The notes under the pieces: model-generated
What the model was told of the DNA's origin: nothing
The model's database searches: none
What the model saw: the letters and a program-made list of their open reading frames with translations, nothing else
Program-made: the position numbers and the translations under genes
Shown here: positions 11,421 to 23,794 of the stretch, in pieces
How positions within the stretch are numbered: position 1 is the first letter of the stretch
Layout of the letters: each line of letters opens with the position of its first letter
NCBI GenBank assembly: GCA_951406725.2
Contig: OX597842.1
Coordinates: 26,784,001-26,848,000, forward strand
Origin: Octopus vulgaris
Lineage: Eukaryota
DNA: 64,000 nt
Direction of reading: 5' to 3'

Positions 11421-14416
11421 CTATTAATAGTGAATTGACAGACTTGTTAGAGTAAGGAACAGATTTCCTTGTGGCATTTTTTTTCAAATTCTGCATTTTG
11501 AGTTCAGATCACACTGAGGTCCACTTTACATTTTATTTTGGGCTGGGGTAGGGCAGTAAAAATAGCAAAAACAACCTGTGCCAAGCCAGAACTAAGAAGG
11601 TTGGACAGGGTGCCTTGCTTCTTCTGTTCTAGCTCTTTGTGTTTTGAGTTGAAATACTGCCATGACCTACCTGGGTGATAGACCTGATCCGTTGCCTAGT
11701 TCAGGCAGTCATGCTTGTTTGATTAAGAAGTTTGCTTACCAGCTTTGTGATCTTGGGTTCAGTCCCACAATGCAGCACCCTGGGCAAGTGTCTTCTGCTA
11801 TAGCCCTGATTTGACCAAACCTTTGAATGGATTTAGTACACTGAAAAATGAGTATTCCTATAAGTTACCTCCTATGATCTGCATATTTATTTATCCCAAA
11901 ATCCCGTACAATCTTGTATGACTTTGTGTATTCTCATCCAAAATGGAGACGAGTACCAACATTCCCACGTGGCAAGCTTGATAATTAAGAGATTGATCAT
12001 TACATGAAACCATTGGTAGCCTTGTTAATTCACAAATGAGGTATGTATGTATATAATATATGTTTTGGGTTCTCTGCCTGTTACTGTACCCCCTCCATTC
12101 ATGCATTATGCCTGCCTCCTTCCACCCCATAGCCCTAATTCCTTCAGACTACCAAGGGTCCTGTTCTGTATTCGAATGAATGTGTCATCTTTACTACTCC
12201 TGTTTCTTGCTGCCACTGCTCATCGGTGTCCGCCTACCCTCCCCAACACATGGGTCTTGTTTCACTCAACCCAACCTGTTTTCATAGTCTGCCAAGTAAC
12301 CCCTAATTCTTCTTCCTGTACAATCTTGCAAATCACCCACTCACTTTTACGCAGCTAGTGCCTTGTCGGGGTCACCTGCTCACGTGGCTGTGTGGTAAGT
12401 AGCTTGCTAACCAACCACATGGTTCCGGGTTCAGTCCCACTGCGTGGCATCTTGGGCAAGTGTCTTCTGCTATAGCCTAGGGCCGACCAATGCCTTGTGA
12501 GTGGATTTGGTAGACGGAAACTAAAAGAAGCCTGTCGTATATATATAAAATATATATGTATGTGTGTGTGTCTGTGTTTGTCCCCCCTAGCATTGCTTGA
12601 CAACCGATGTTGGTGTGTTTACGTCCCCGTCACTTAGCGGTTCGGCAAAAGAGACCAATAGAATAAGTACTGGGCTTACAAAAGAATAAGTCCCAGGGTC
12701 AATTTGCTCGACTAAAGGCGGTGCTCCAGCATGGCTGCAGTCAAATGACTGAAACAAGTAAAAGAGTAATCCCTTGCAGCTCCTACTGACCTTTTCTTTA
12801 TTTTTTCCCCCCTTTCATCTCCCTCTTTTCCCCTAATAGACATGAATAGCCACAAAGATCCCTCTACAGAACCCTGCTCTGTGTCCCTCCTCCCCTAGCG
12901 TGAAGCTGAACCCCACCTCCATCCTCCATGTTCGTAGTCCTGCAAACTGCAAGGTAACTTCACTAGTACAGGTGTATGAGAAAAGCAATCAAGGCTCACT
13001 GATATTTTATCGACTCTGAAAGGACGGTATATAAAGTTGGTCTATTTATTCACATTTTAAAAAATTGTGTAGTATCTTGTAGCTTCAAGATTTCAATAAT
13101 GTGATGGTTTATTTTTAGGATGACATTGTAGGGTAGGTGTGAGAGGCTGGATCTGGCCAGTTTTAACGTAAAACGGATAAAATATTTGAGCTGCCTTAAA
13201 TGCTAAAGGGTTCATCATTCGTTTAATGTTTGTTTTCCATGCTAGCATGCGTTGGACGGTTCAACTGGGGTCTGGGAAGCCAGTAGGCTGCGCCAGGCCC
13301 AGTCTGATCTGGCACTGTTTCTACAGCTGGATGCCCTTCCTAACGTCAACCACTCCGTGAGTGTAGTGGGTGCTTTTTACGTGCCACCAGCACAGGTGCC
13401 AGGCGAGGCTAGCAAACGGCCACTATTGGATGGTGCTTTTTACGTGCCACCGGCACGGGGGCCAGACGAGGCTTTGAGTATAATATTAATAATAATAATG
13501 ATCCTTTCTATTACACGCATAAGGCCTGAAATTTGGTGGAGGGGGACAGTCGATTAAATCAACCTGCCCCCGGTACTCAACTAGGACTTAATTTATTGAT
13601 CTCCGAAAGAATGAAAGGCAAAGTCAACCTCAGTGGACTTAGAACTCGGAGTGTAATGATAGACAAAATGCTGTTGAGCATTTTTCCTGGCATGCTAGCA
13701 ATTCTGCCAGCTCACTGCCTTAATAACAACAATAATAATAATCCTTTCTATTATGGGCACAAGTCCTGCAATTTTGGGGGAGGGGACTAGTTGATTACAT
13801 CAAGCCCAGTGTGTAACTAGTACTTCAGTTATCAACCCCAGCAGCATTTGAACCCAGAACTTAGACAGACGAAATACCTATTTCTTTACTACCCACAAGG
13901 GGATAAACAAGGATAGACAAACAGATTAAGTTGATTATATCGACCCCAGTGCGTAACTGGTACTTATTTAATCGACCCCGAAAGGATGAAAGGCAAAGTC
14001 GACCTCGGTGGAATTTGAACTCAGAACCTAACGGCAGATAAATGCCTATTTCTTTACTACCCACAAGGGGCTACACACAGAGGGGACAAACAAGGACAGA
14101 CAAACAGATTAAGTCAATTACATCGACCCCAGCGTGTAACTTGTATCCCATTGCCTTATAGCCAGTGTTGGTTTGTTTACGTTCCCATAATTCAGTAGTG
14201 CAGAATAAGTACCTGATCCCAAAATAAGCCCCCCGAGGTCAATTCAACCGATGGGACCCTTGACAGCTGTGCTCCAGCATGGCTTCTGTTTAGTGACTGA
14301 GTCAAGTAAAATGATAAAAGGAAATATGCATATGTGATACAATAAATACCAAAGTTTAAATTCCTCGATGGTGCCCCAGCATGGGCTTTAGTCTAATGAC
14401 TAAAGCAAGTAAAGAA

Positions 14417-14634
14417 TACAGTGGGGTACGCAAAAGTTCCCTGGCTTTGGGTAAAAGAAACTACAAGAGAATCTGTTAATTATGATTTTATTCAACATAT
14501 TCCCATTTCAGATTCACACAATTATTGCAGTGGCCCTTCAGTTTTTACTAAGCCCTATAAAAGAACCCAGAAGGTTGGGCCTCCAACCTGGCCTTTCACA
14601 ATACCCTTAAAGCCAGGTACTCTTAAGCATACCC

Positions 14635-14637
<3 letters not shown>
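14417..14637. mobile_element. Tc1/mariner-like MITE remnant
   Basis: Imperfect inverted ends ggggtacgcaaaagttccctggctt ... aagccaggtactcttaagcataccc. Related pieces near 3900-4000 and 39572-39650. Confidence 0.45.
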
Positions 14638-14672
<35 letters not shown>

Positions 14673-14675
14673 GTG

Positions 14676-14709
<34 letters not shown>

Positions 14710-15022
14710 TACACATATACATACACACACACACATATATATATACACACATGCATATATACACACATAGATACTTCCATACAGACGTTTGTGTGTATAT
14801 ATATATACACACACATATATACGTACACACACATATATACATACACACACTTATATACATACACACACATATACACACACTCACATATATACATACACTC
14901 ACACACACATATATATATATACACACACACACATATATATATACACACACACACATATACATATATACACACACACACACATATATATACACACACACAT
15001 ATATATATACACACACACATAC

Positions 15023-15057
<35 letters not shown>

Positions 15058-15185
15058 CACACACACACAGATACTTCCATACAGACGTGTGTATGTATCC
15101 CTGTATGTATGTAAATATGTATATGTATATATGCACGCACACACTGACATAATCACACATAGAGACATGCATGCACACACACACA
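14637..15185. repeat. (AC/AT)n compound microsatellite
   Basis: Direct reading of the sequence. Confidence 0.95.
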
Positions 15186-15231
15186 TTTTTGAATGTAGAT
15201 GACTTTATGCTTTCTTTCTTTCTTTTTGCAG

Positions 15232-15338
15232 GTCCCCCACGACCAGGAGGTCCGCCTCCACCTGTGCCACCACCACCTGGTGTCCCACTTGTAGGTCCAC
15301 CACCCCGACAGCCTGGAGGGCCCCCACCCCCTGGAATG
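15232..15338 (+). CDS. CPSF6: CPSF6-like Pro-rich exon
   Basis: Acceptor tttctttctttttgcag, donor ATG|gtgagt. 107 nt, phase 1-0, GPPRPGGPPPPVPPPPGVPLVGPPPRQPGGPPPPGM. Confidence 0.88.
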
Positions 15339-15361
15339 GTGAGTACAAATATTGGAACCAC

Positions 15362-16000
15362 TGTTATTGATTAGCCCCGGGTCAGTCCTGATCCTGACAA
15401 ACCCATGATCAAAGATGTTCCAGCTGTGACCATCCCATCTTACCTTCAGGCATAGTGTATCTAGGACTACATTATCTAATGTATAGTAGTTAGTATTGGT
15501 GGCTATAGTTGTTGTTTAGCCCCAGGTCAGTCCTGATCCAGAAAGACCGATGATCAAAGATGTTCCGGTTGTGACCATCCCATCTTTTATTCAGGCATAG
15601 TGTATCTAGGACTACATTATCTAATGTTCAGTATAGTAGTTAGTATTGGTGGCTATAGTTGTTGTTTAGCCCCAGGTCAGTCCTGATCCAGATAGACCGA
15701 TGATCAAAGATGCTCCGGTTATGACCATCCCATCTTTTATTCAGGTATAGTGTATCTAGGAGTACATTATCTAATGTATAGTATAGTAATTAGTATTAGT
15801 GACTATAGTTATTGTTGTTTAACCCCTGGTCAAGCCTGATCAAGACTGACCTACGGTCAAAAATGTTCCAGCTGTGGCCATCCCTCCTTTTATTCAGACA
15901 TAGTATATCTAGGACTACATTATCTAATGTATAGTAGTTAGTATTGGTGGCTATAGTTGTTGTTTAGCCCCAAGTCAGTCCTCATTGAGACAGACCAATG
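15362..16000. repeat. ~150-bp tandem repeat, about 4.3 copies
   Basis: gttgttgtttagccccaggtcagtcctgatcca recurs near 15508, 15658, 15812, 15957. Confidence 0.88.
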
Positions 16001-16283
16001 AAAAGAGATCATAGCGACTTGAACCTATGCAAATCAAAATTAAATACAGACAAACAGTATATTTAATACAAATCCCTCATCTCACAGGTATAGAATTGTA
16101 TAACGAAGCAACATGTTTGTTCAAGAACACAACACATTTCCCAGACCAGGTATTGAAACTGCAATGTTATGATTATGAGACCAATTCCGTAACCACTAAT
16201 CCATGTGCTTCCACATTTATGTATTTGTACTTTGTGTTAAATTTGATATTTTTCTTTTTTTTTTTTTTTTCTTTTTACACCAG

Positions 16284-16374
16284 CCTCCCAGACCTGTACC
16301 GCCCCCGCAACGAGGCCCTCCTCCCCCTGATCCCAGGTTAGCACCTCCACGACCCGACTGGGACAGACCAGCAG
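16284..16374 (+). CDS. CPSF6: CPSF6-like Pro-rich exon
   Basis: Poly-T tract then cag, donor CAG|gtgaat. 91 nt, phase 0-1, PPRPVPPPQRGPPPPDPRLAPPRPDWDRPA. Confidence 0.88.
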
Positions 16375-16406
16375 GTGAATATTTCTGCTATTATTTTTGT
16401 CATTAA

Positions 16407-16627
16407 CCCTTTTGTTACCAACCCGGCTGAAACCGGCTCTGGCTCTGTAGTACAAATGTCTTGTTTTCATAAGGTTTTAATTAAAATTTTCCACCAAACC
16501 TTAGTCACAATTTATGTTCCTAACACTAGCTGAATGATAATTAAGTTATTTTACTAAATTCTTTGTTATATTTAAAGTAATTGAAAGAAACACTGAGCAT
16601 CTCAAAATAAATACAGTAACGAAAGGG
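16407..16627. mobile_element. piggyBac-like MITE
   Basis: TTAA on both sides, TIR CCCTTT(T/C)GTTAC. Close copies at 40133-40353, 40385-40604 and partial at 51067-51243. Confidence 0.85.
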
Positions 16628-16737
16628 TTAATGTTGTTAAATGTAGTGTTACATAATATTGTTGTTATTACTGTTGAGGCTGGCAGAATCGTTAGCACAC
16701 TGGGGAAAAAAAATGCTTAGTGTTACTTCATGACACC

Positions 16738-16862
16738 ACCCCGCTGTCGAATCAGTGCTATTATATGGCTGTGGAGCATGGACACTGACAAAGAAATTAC
16801 CAAACGGGCTAAATGGATGCTACACAAGGATGCCACGAATGGACATAAATGTGAAATGGCAG
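16738..16862 (+). mobile_element. RTE-clade LINE ORF fragment
   Basis: Reads AVESVLLYGCGAWTLTKKLPNGLNGCYTRMPRMDINVKWQ, resembling the post-RT LLYG.E.W.L motif. Confidence 0.65.
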
Positions 16863-17641
16863 CATCATCATCATCATCGTTTAATGTCCGTTTTCCATGC
16901 TGGCACGGGTTGGACAGTTCGACCGAGGTCTGGGAAGCCAGGAGGCTGCACCAGGCTCCAGTCTGATCTGGCAGTGTTTCTACAGCTGGATGCCCTTCCT
17001 AACGCCAACCACTCTGTGAGTGTAGTGAGTGCCTTTTACGTGCCACCGGCGCAAGTGCCAGGGGAGGTTGGCAGCGGCCACGATCGGTTGGTGCTTTTAA
17101 CATGCCACTGGCACAGAAGCCAGTCAAGGCTGATTATCAAGAGATGGCAGGGAAATATTGACAAAGACACGCTCGTAGATATGTACTACATGTGTATATA
17201 TATATATGTGCGTGTATGGCAGGCTTCTTTCAGTATCCGTCTACCAAATCCACTTGCATGGATAATAAAAGACACTTGCCTAAGGTGCCATTCAGTGGGA
17301 CTGAACCCTGAACCATATGGTTGGGAAGCAAGCTTCTTACCACACTGCCTTGCCTGCAGCTATATGTGTGTGTGTGAGAGAGAGATGATGGCTTCGTTCA
17401 GTTTCTGTCTACCAAATCCGGAGGTTAAAATCGTCACTTGCTGAAGGTGCTGCACAGTGAGACTGAACTTAAAACCATTTGGTTAAGAAGCAAACGCTTT
17501 ACCACGCAGCCAATAGGCGAACACATTAAAGGATATAATTTTTCTTTTTTTTTTTTTGTTTTTCTTTTTGTTTTTGATTTGGTTTCTCCCCTTCATCTCT
17601 CAACTATTCTGCATTAATGTTCTTTATCTATTTCTTTGCAG

Positions 17642-17695
17642 CAGACCATCGACCACACCATAGCTGGAATCCTATGGTACCATTCCCTGGTTCAG
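17642..17695 (+). CDS. CPSF6: CPSF6-like short exon, possibly alternative, with NAGNAG acceptor
   Basis: tttctttgCAGCAG acceptor, donor CAG|gtaata. 54 (or 51) nt, phase 1-1, ADHRPHHSWNPMVPFPGS. Confidence 0.6.
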
Positions 17696-20069
17696 GTAAT
17701 ATTAACAATAGTATACACACACACAATATATATATATACATACATATATATATATACATATACACATATATACACACACACATATATATATATATATATA
17801 CACACACTTTTATTATCTCTCAATCTTTTACCTATCTACCCATCTTTTGTGTAAATGTGTGTGTATATATATATACATATATACATACATGTATATATAT
17901 ACATATACACACACACATGCTATTCACAATATGTGAAACCAAGTTATCCAGTAGTACTCATAAAACAAAGCTCCTTGTATCATTTCTGTAAAGCATAGAA
18001 TATATAGTACAATACAACAGAAAAACAGGAGTGTATAAAGTTATACATAAATATTCTTATTTAACGACAATTGTTTCGCAGCTTAATACACATGTATGGA
18101 TAATTTATTTTATTATATTTTATAATATGTAATTCATTACTTATTATAGTATATAATAAACTAAATAGTCTATTTATGTTTATTAAGCTACGAAACAATT
18201 GTCGTTAAATAAGAATTTCCAGTGGCAAAATAAATTTTATCATAGTATATTTCTTTTGTTATTTATAATATATACTATACAAGATAAGGTGTAAATAGTG
18301 GTCTTTACATATTCCCTTAGTATCGCAGATTCTACTTTGCAATATTAAGGGAATTTGCAAAGACCTTTATTTATACTTTGTCTTGTCTATCCTTCTGTGT
18401 AAAAAGACCAGTATAACTGGGCACCAGTAGATCAACTCCTCCTAGCAAGAAAGCCATGGTAGGAGTGTTAGGAGTCTGGCTATACATTACACAATAAATA
18501 TTTGTGCATCTAATCTCTTTGTCTCTCTTATGTCGTATCTCTAGATAATTCCTGCACCCCTCCCCTCACCTCTGTGACATGCTTCTCTAATATCTGGCCC
18601 AATTTTACTTTCTAGCCAGCTCCTCTACTCTAGGTCAACCACACCCTCCAGGGAGTAAGTCACTTTTTTTTGCCTTTGACACTCAAATCTGTCTGCCTCG
18701 CTAGTTTTTTTTAAATTATTATTTTTTCTCTTTATTTCTTGTGATTTTTTTTTTCTTTAATGAAATACCAATGAAGATAGATAGAAAGGAGGACAGTTTA
18801 ATGTGAATACACCTCAGTTGGAATTGAACTGACATCTCCTTGTTGACATCTTTGTTGGTAGCATGAACTGCTCTTCTGTGAAATACCCATTGTCCAAGTT
18901 TTGAATTTCTCTCAATCTTAAAAAAAGCCGTCAAGCTGTACAATTGGTGTACAACATCATTCGTGTTTTAGCCATTGTCTTGATAAAGAGATAAAGATAA
19001 AAAAGAAAAAAAGAGAGTTAAAATTTCATACTGTGTCTGCATGCTGAGATTAGCTCTGTCTTTCTGTTCATTGTTGGTGTTGTGCTGTTTGATAGTATTT
19101 TTCATTCAAACATAAACTGCATCATTTTGAACCTTTGTGGAATACGCAATGTTTTTGTTATTTGTATAAGCTAGTCAATTGAAGTTAAAGAAGGGCAGTA
19201 CCTATGACTTTTATGGCCCTTAATAGTCTGGTGAAATTGACTTGAGATAAGCAAGAAGGGGACAACCTGGAAAGCTTACATTCTTGAGATTCATTTGGCT
19301 TTTGCCTAGCCTCAACAGATCACTATTAGTGATCAAAAAAGAAATTGTGGGTCTCACCCAGTCTGGATTGGTAGTATGGGAAGACCAACAGTATGGTCCA
19401 AGGGAAGGGCAGATGACTATTCTCCTCAGTACCAGTGTTGCTTAAAGGGGTTTTTTTTCTTTCATTTCATACCATGCCTTTTGCAAACAATCACATCGTT
19501 TGCTCTAAGTGCCTGACAAGCCATTCACTGATAGTGGAAACCTCAACGGATTATTTGTACCACTCAGATGGCAGAAGTACCACCAGGTATTTCTATATGA
19601 TGTACCTGTTTGTCAGCAATTTATGCACCAAAATGTATTTTGTCTTTTACGAATTTATACATGTGCGTGCATGCAAAGGGTCTTCACCCAGTCACCGCCT
19701 GTCAAAGTTCACATCAAAGGTATCGGTCAAGTCATGGCTATTTCCTAAACAAGCAGTGGCTATGCCTACGCCCACAGGTTGGTCAAATTGGACTGAATTG
19801 TCCCAAACTGCCTTTGGCATTAACTAACAAGAGACGCTTCTATGTGCTTGCTCTGTATGTTAGAAATAGCAGTCATTTCTCCATTGGATTATACTGTACC
19901 ATATTAAGAAACGGAAGGACAGGTTGGATAATATAGTATTAGTCGTGCAACACTGATAGGCTGATCAAAGCTGGAACAGTTTGGATTTTAAGGCCCAAGA
20001 TTGGGCTTAGGACTCACCCCAAAGGACCATGCAGTGGTGCTGAACTCAAAATCATATGGTTGGTTAGAG

Positions 20070-20262
20070 CAGTGCTTTTCCACCTTTTTGCTGGAGCGGA
20101 ACCCCAAGGAAACATTCCACTGGCTCGATGAACCCCTGTGCAATAATTTGTCTTATGCACACATATTTGCACAGGAGAAATAAAAATTACTGTCGATTTT
20201 AGCATTTTTGTAACTTCTGGCGTAACCCTAAGTTTCCGCGGAACCCTGGTTGAAAACCACTG
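20070..20262. mobile_element. hAT (Charlie-like) MITE, solo copy
   Basis: TIR cagtgcttttc / gaaaaccactg. Perfect 8-bp TSD GGTTAGAG at 20062 and 20263. Confidence 0.9.
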
Positions 20263-20609
20263 GGTTAGAGAAACAAGAGCCACTACAACCCCTGTGATGT
20301 ATTACAGTTACATTCCTGAGATAAGAGGTGGGATGTTTGTAGCTCAATCAGTAATATATCAAGGTGTCAAACAACAGTATTTGAATTCAGTTCTCTGGAG
20401 CATACACATGCAAAAATAATAATAATAATAAGGTATATAATGAAGTATTTATGCTGTACTCAAAACATACAAACGTGCTACTTAAGTTTTATACAGAAGG
20501 GTGACAAAATGCATTTTTGCTCTTTCTCTGCATTGCAACATCTCATCTAGAGTGCACTTTTGTGCCTTCCCATTTCATCTGGCTCAGCAAATGCAGCCAA
20601 TATCTACTG

Positions 20610-21041
20610 CAGTGCTTTTCAAACTTTATGCTGGAGCGGAACCCCCAAGGAAACATTCCACTGGCTCGAGGAACCCCTGTGCAATAATTTAATAGTCTTA
20701 TGCACACATATCTGCACAGGAGAATTATAAATTACTGCCAATTTTAGCAGTTTTGTAACTTCTTGTGGAACCCCTGGACTGTACAGGCGGAACCCTGGTT
20801 GAAAACCACTGATATATACACACACACACACACACATACCAGTGCTTTTCAACCTTTTTGCTGGAGCGGAACCCCCAAGGAAAAATTCCACTGGCTCGAG
20901 GAACCCCTGTGCAATAATTTAATAGTCTTATGCACACATATCTGCACAGGAGAATTAAAAATTACTGCCGATTTCAGCAGTTTTGTAACTTCTTGCGGAA
21001 CCCCTGGACTGTACAGGCGGAACCCTGGTTGAAAACCACTG

Positions 21042-21072
<31 letters not shown>

Positions 21073-21950
21073 TACCAGTGCTTTTCAACCTTTTTGCTGG
21101 AGCGGAACCCCAAGGAAAAATTCCACTGGCTCGAGGAACCCCTGTGCAATAATTTAATAGTCTTATGCACACATATCTGCACAGGAGAATTATAAATTAC
21201 TGCCGATTTCAGCAGTTTTGTAACTTCTTGCGGAACCCCTGGACTGTACAGGCGGAACCCTGGTTGAAAACCACTGATATATACACACACACACACACAC
21301 ACACATACCAGTGCTTTTCAACCTTTTTGCTGGAGCGGAACCCCCAAGGAAAAATTCCACTGGCTCGAGGAACCCCTGTGCAATAATTTAATAGTCTTAT
21401 GCACACATATCTGCACAGGAGAATTATAAATTACTGCCGATTTCAGCAGTTTTGTAACTTCTTGTGGAACCCCTGGACTGTACAGGCGGAACCCTGGTTG
21501 AAAACCACTGATATATACACACACACACACACACATACCAGTGCTTTTCAACCTTTTTGCTGGAGCGGAACCCCCAAGGAAAAATTCCACTGGCTCGAGG
21601 AACCCCTGTGCAATAATTTAATAGTCTTATGCACACATATCTGCACAGGAGAATTAAAAATTACTGCCAATTTTAGCAGTTTTGTAACTTCTTGTGGAAC
21701 CCCTGGACTGTACAGGCGGAACCCTGGTTGAAAACCACTGATATATACACACACACACACACACACATACCAGTGCTTTTCAACCTTTTTGCTGGAGCGG
21801 AACCCCCAAGGAAAAATTCCACTGGCTCGAGGAACCCCTGTGCAATAATTTAATAGTCTTATGCACACATATCTGCACAGGAGAATTAAAAATTACTGCC
21901 GATTTCAGCAGTTTTGTAACTTCTTGCGGAACCCTGGTTGAAAACCACTG
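20610..21950. mobile_element. Head-to-tail array of six hAT MITEs
   Basis: Units start at 20610, 20840, 21076, 21309, 21539, 21771, separated by atatat(ac)n-atac spacers. TSD ATCTACTG at 20602 and 21951. Confidence 0.92.
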
Positions 21951-22884
21951 ATCTACTGTGTCAGCTGTGAAATGGGAAGGTGCAAATCTGCCCTAAAAAT
22001 GAAATGCCAGTTGCCACCTGCTCTGTGAAACCTAAGTGACACGTCTGTGTATGTTGAGTACTGTATAAAGATGACACCTAGCTCTGTCAGAGTTCGTTTC
22101 AGTTCTCTCTACCTGTGTCAAATGTTGACACAGTAACAGGTATATATACACCCTCTTTTCTTCTTCTTTTTACTTGGTTGGGTATTATAGTTGCCTGTAG
22201 GTGTCTTTTATTTCTTTTTGTCTTTTTGTTATATTATAGTCTTTTCTATTATTGGTTTTTATTTGCAAAGGTCCTGGTTTCAAATCCTGGTAATGGTTGC
22301 TTGTTATTTATTTATAATTTTTTTTTTTTCTTTTTACCTTTCATCTTTTACTTGTTTCAGCCATTGGACTGTGGCCATGCTAGGGCAATGCCTTGAAGGG
22401 TTTACTTAAACAAATCAACCCCAATTTTCTCTTAAAGTTTGGTACTTATTCTGTTGTACTCTTTTGCTGCACTTCAAAGGGATAGGGATGTAAATAAACC
22501 AACACCATATCACATATTTATGTGATTGGCTTCCACACAGTTTCCATCCACATATGTGTATTTTCTTTCACTCTTTAACTTGTTTGTCATTTGACTGTGG
22601 CCATGCTGGAGAACCGCCTTGAAGGGTATCAGTTGAACAAATCGATCCCAGGACTTATTTTAAGCCTAATACTTATTCTATCAGTCTCTTTAGTTGAACC
22701 ACTAAGTTACAGGGATGTAAACACACCAACACCGGTTGTCAAGTGATGGGGGACAAACACACACATATACATATGATGAGCTTTCACCTTCTGTCTACCA
22801 AATCCACTCAAGATGCTTTGCTTGGCACGAGACGACAGTAGAAGACACTTACCCAAGGTGCCTTGCAGTAGGAATGAACTCAGA

Positions 22885-23320
22885 ACCATGGTTTTGGTCA
22901 CTTGTTATTGCCTCTGTAAGGCCCAACGTTTGAAGATCATGCTTCACCACCTCGTCCCATGTCTTGCTAGACCTACCCCTTGCACAGGTTACCTCCACAG
23001 TTAGAGATCGACTGGGGTTTCACTTGGTTTAACGGGTCTTCTGAAGTACAGAATACTGCCAAAGGTTTTGGTCACTTGTTATTGCCTCTGAAAGGCCCAG
23101 CATTTGAAAATCTTGCTTCACTACCTCGTCTCGTGTCTTCCTGGTCTACCTCTTCCACAGGTTCCTTCCACACAGATTGGTACTTCTTTACACAGCTGTC
23201 CTCATCCATACAAATTACACGACTGTATCAATACAGTCTTCCCTCTTGTACACCACATCTGATGCCTTTTATACCCAATTTTTCTCTCAAGATGCTTATG
23301 CTCTGTCATGCGTGCACACT
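22885..23320 (-). mobile_element. Degenerate RTE LINE 3' ORF fragments (two overlapping pieces)
   Basis: Minus strand reads LREKLGIKGIRCGVQEGRL and TCARGRSSKTWDEVVKHDLQTLGLTEA, typical of RTE C-termini. Confidence 0.7.
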
Positions 23321-23670
23321 GTGGAGGTGCAATGGCCCAGTGGTTAGGGCAGTGGACTTGCAGTGGTAGGATCGCGGTTTTGATTCCCAGACCGGGCGTT
23401 ATGAGTGTTTATTGAGCGAAAACACCTAAAAGCTCCACGAGGCTCCGGCAGGGGATGATGGTGATCCCTGCTGTACTCTTTCACCACAACTTTCTCTCAC
23501 TCTTACTTCCTGTTTCTCTTGTACCTGTATTTCAAAGGGCCGGCCTTGTCACTCTCTGTGTCACGCTGACTATCCTCGAGAACTACGTTAAGGGTACTAC
23601 ACGTGTCTGTGGAGTGCTCAGCCACTTATACGTTAATTTCACGAGCAGGCTGTTCCCGACGGAGTGCTTC
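23321..23670 (+). mobile_element. tRNA-derived SINE, third family
   Basis: A box tggcccagtgg, B box ggtttcgattcc. Copies at about 29403-29620, 29641-30020, 63679-64000 and minus copies at 27860-28318. Confidence 0.85.
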
Positions 23671-23794
23671 CACACGTGCACACTGGCTTCATTTCTGCTG
23701 TTTGGAAGGACATCCAGCTGTAGAAACGAAGCCAGGCCAGACTGGAGCCTGGTACAGCTCTCCAGCATACCAGTTTCATTCAGACCGCCTAACC

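Noticed and set aside
14421-15202. Long ORFs rich in Y/I/H/T/C/V/M (also 25909-27190, 30539-31646, 54943-55494)
   Set aside because: Translations of (AC)/(AT)/(TATG) microsatellites that lack stop codons by composition.
17669-17695. PMVPFPGS as counterpart of the vertebrate CPSF6 PVLFPGQPFG motif
   Set aside because: Similarity is too short and there is no FG dipeptide.
20610-21950. CRISPR-like repeat/spacer appearance (also 2432-3745 and 48610-49968)
   Set aside because: Eukaryotic context, units 120-235 bp, spacers are not unique, no cas genes.
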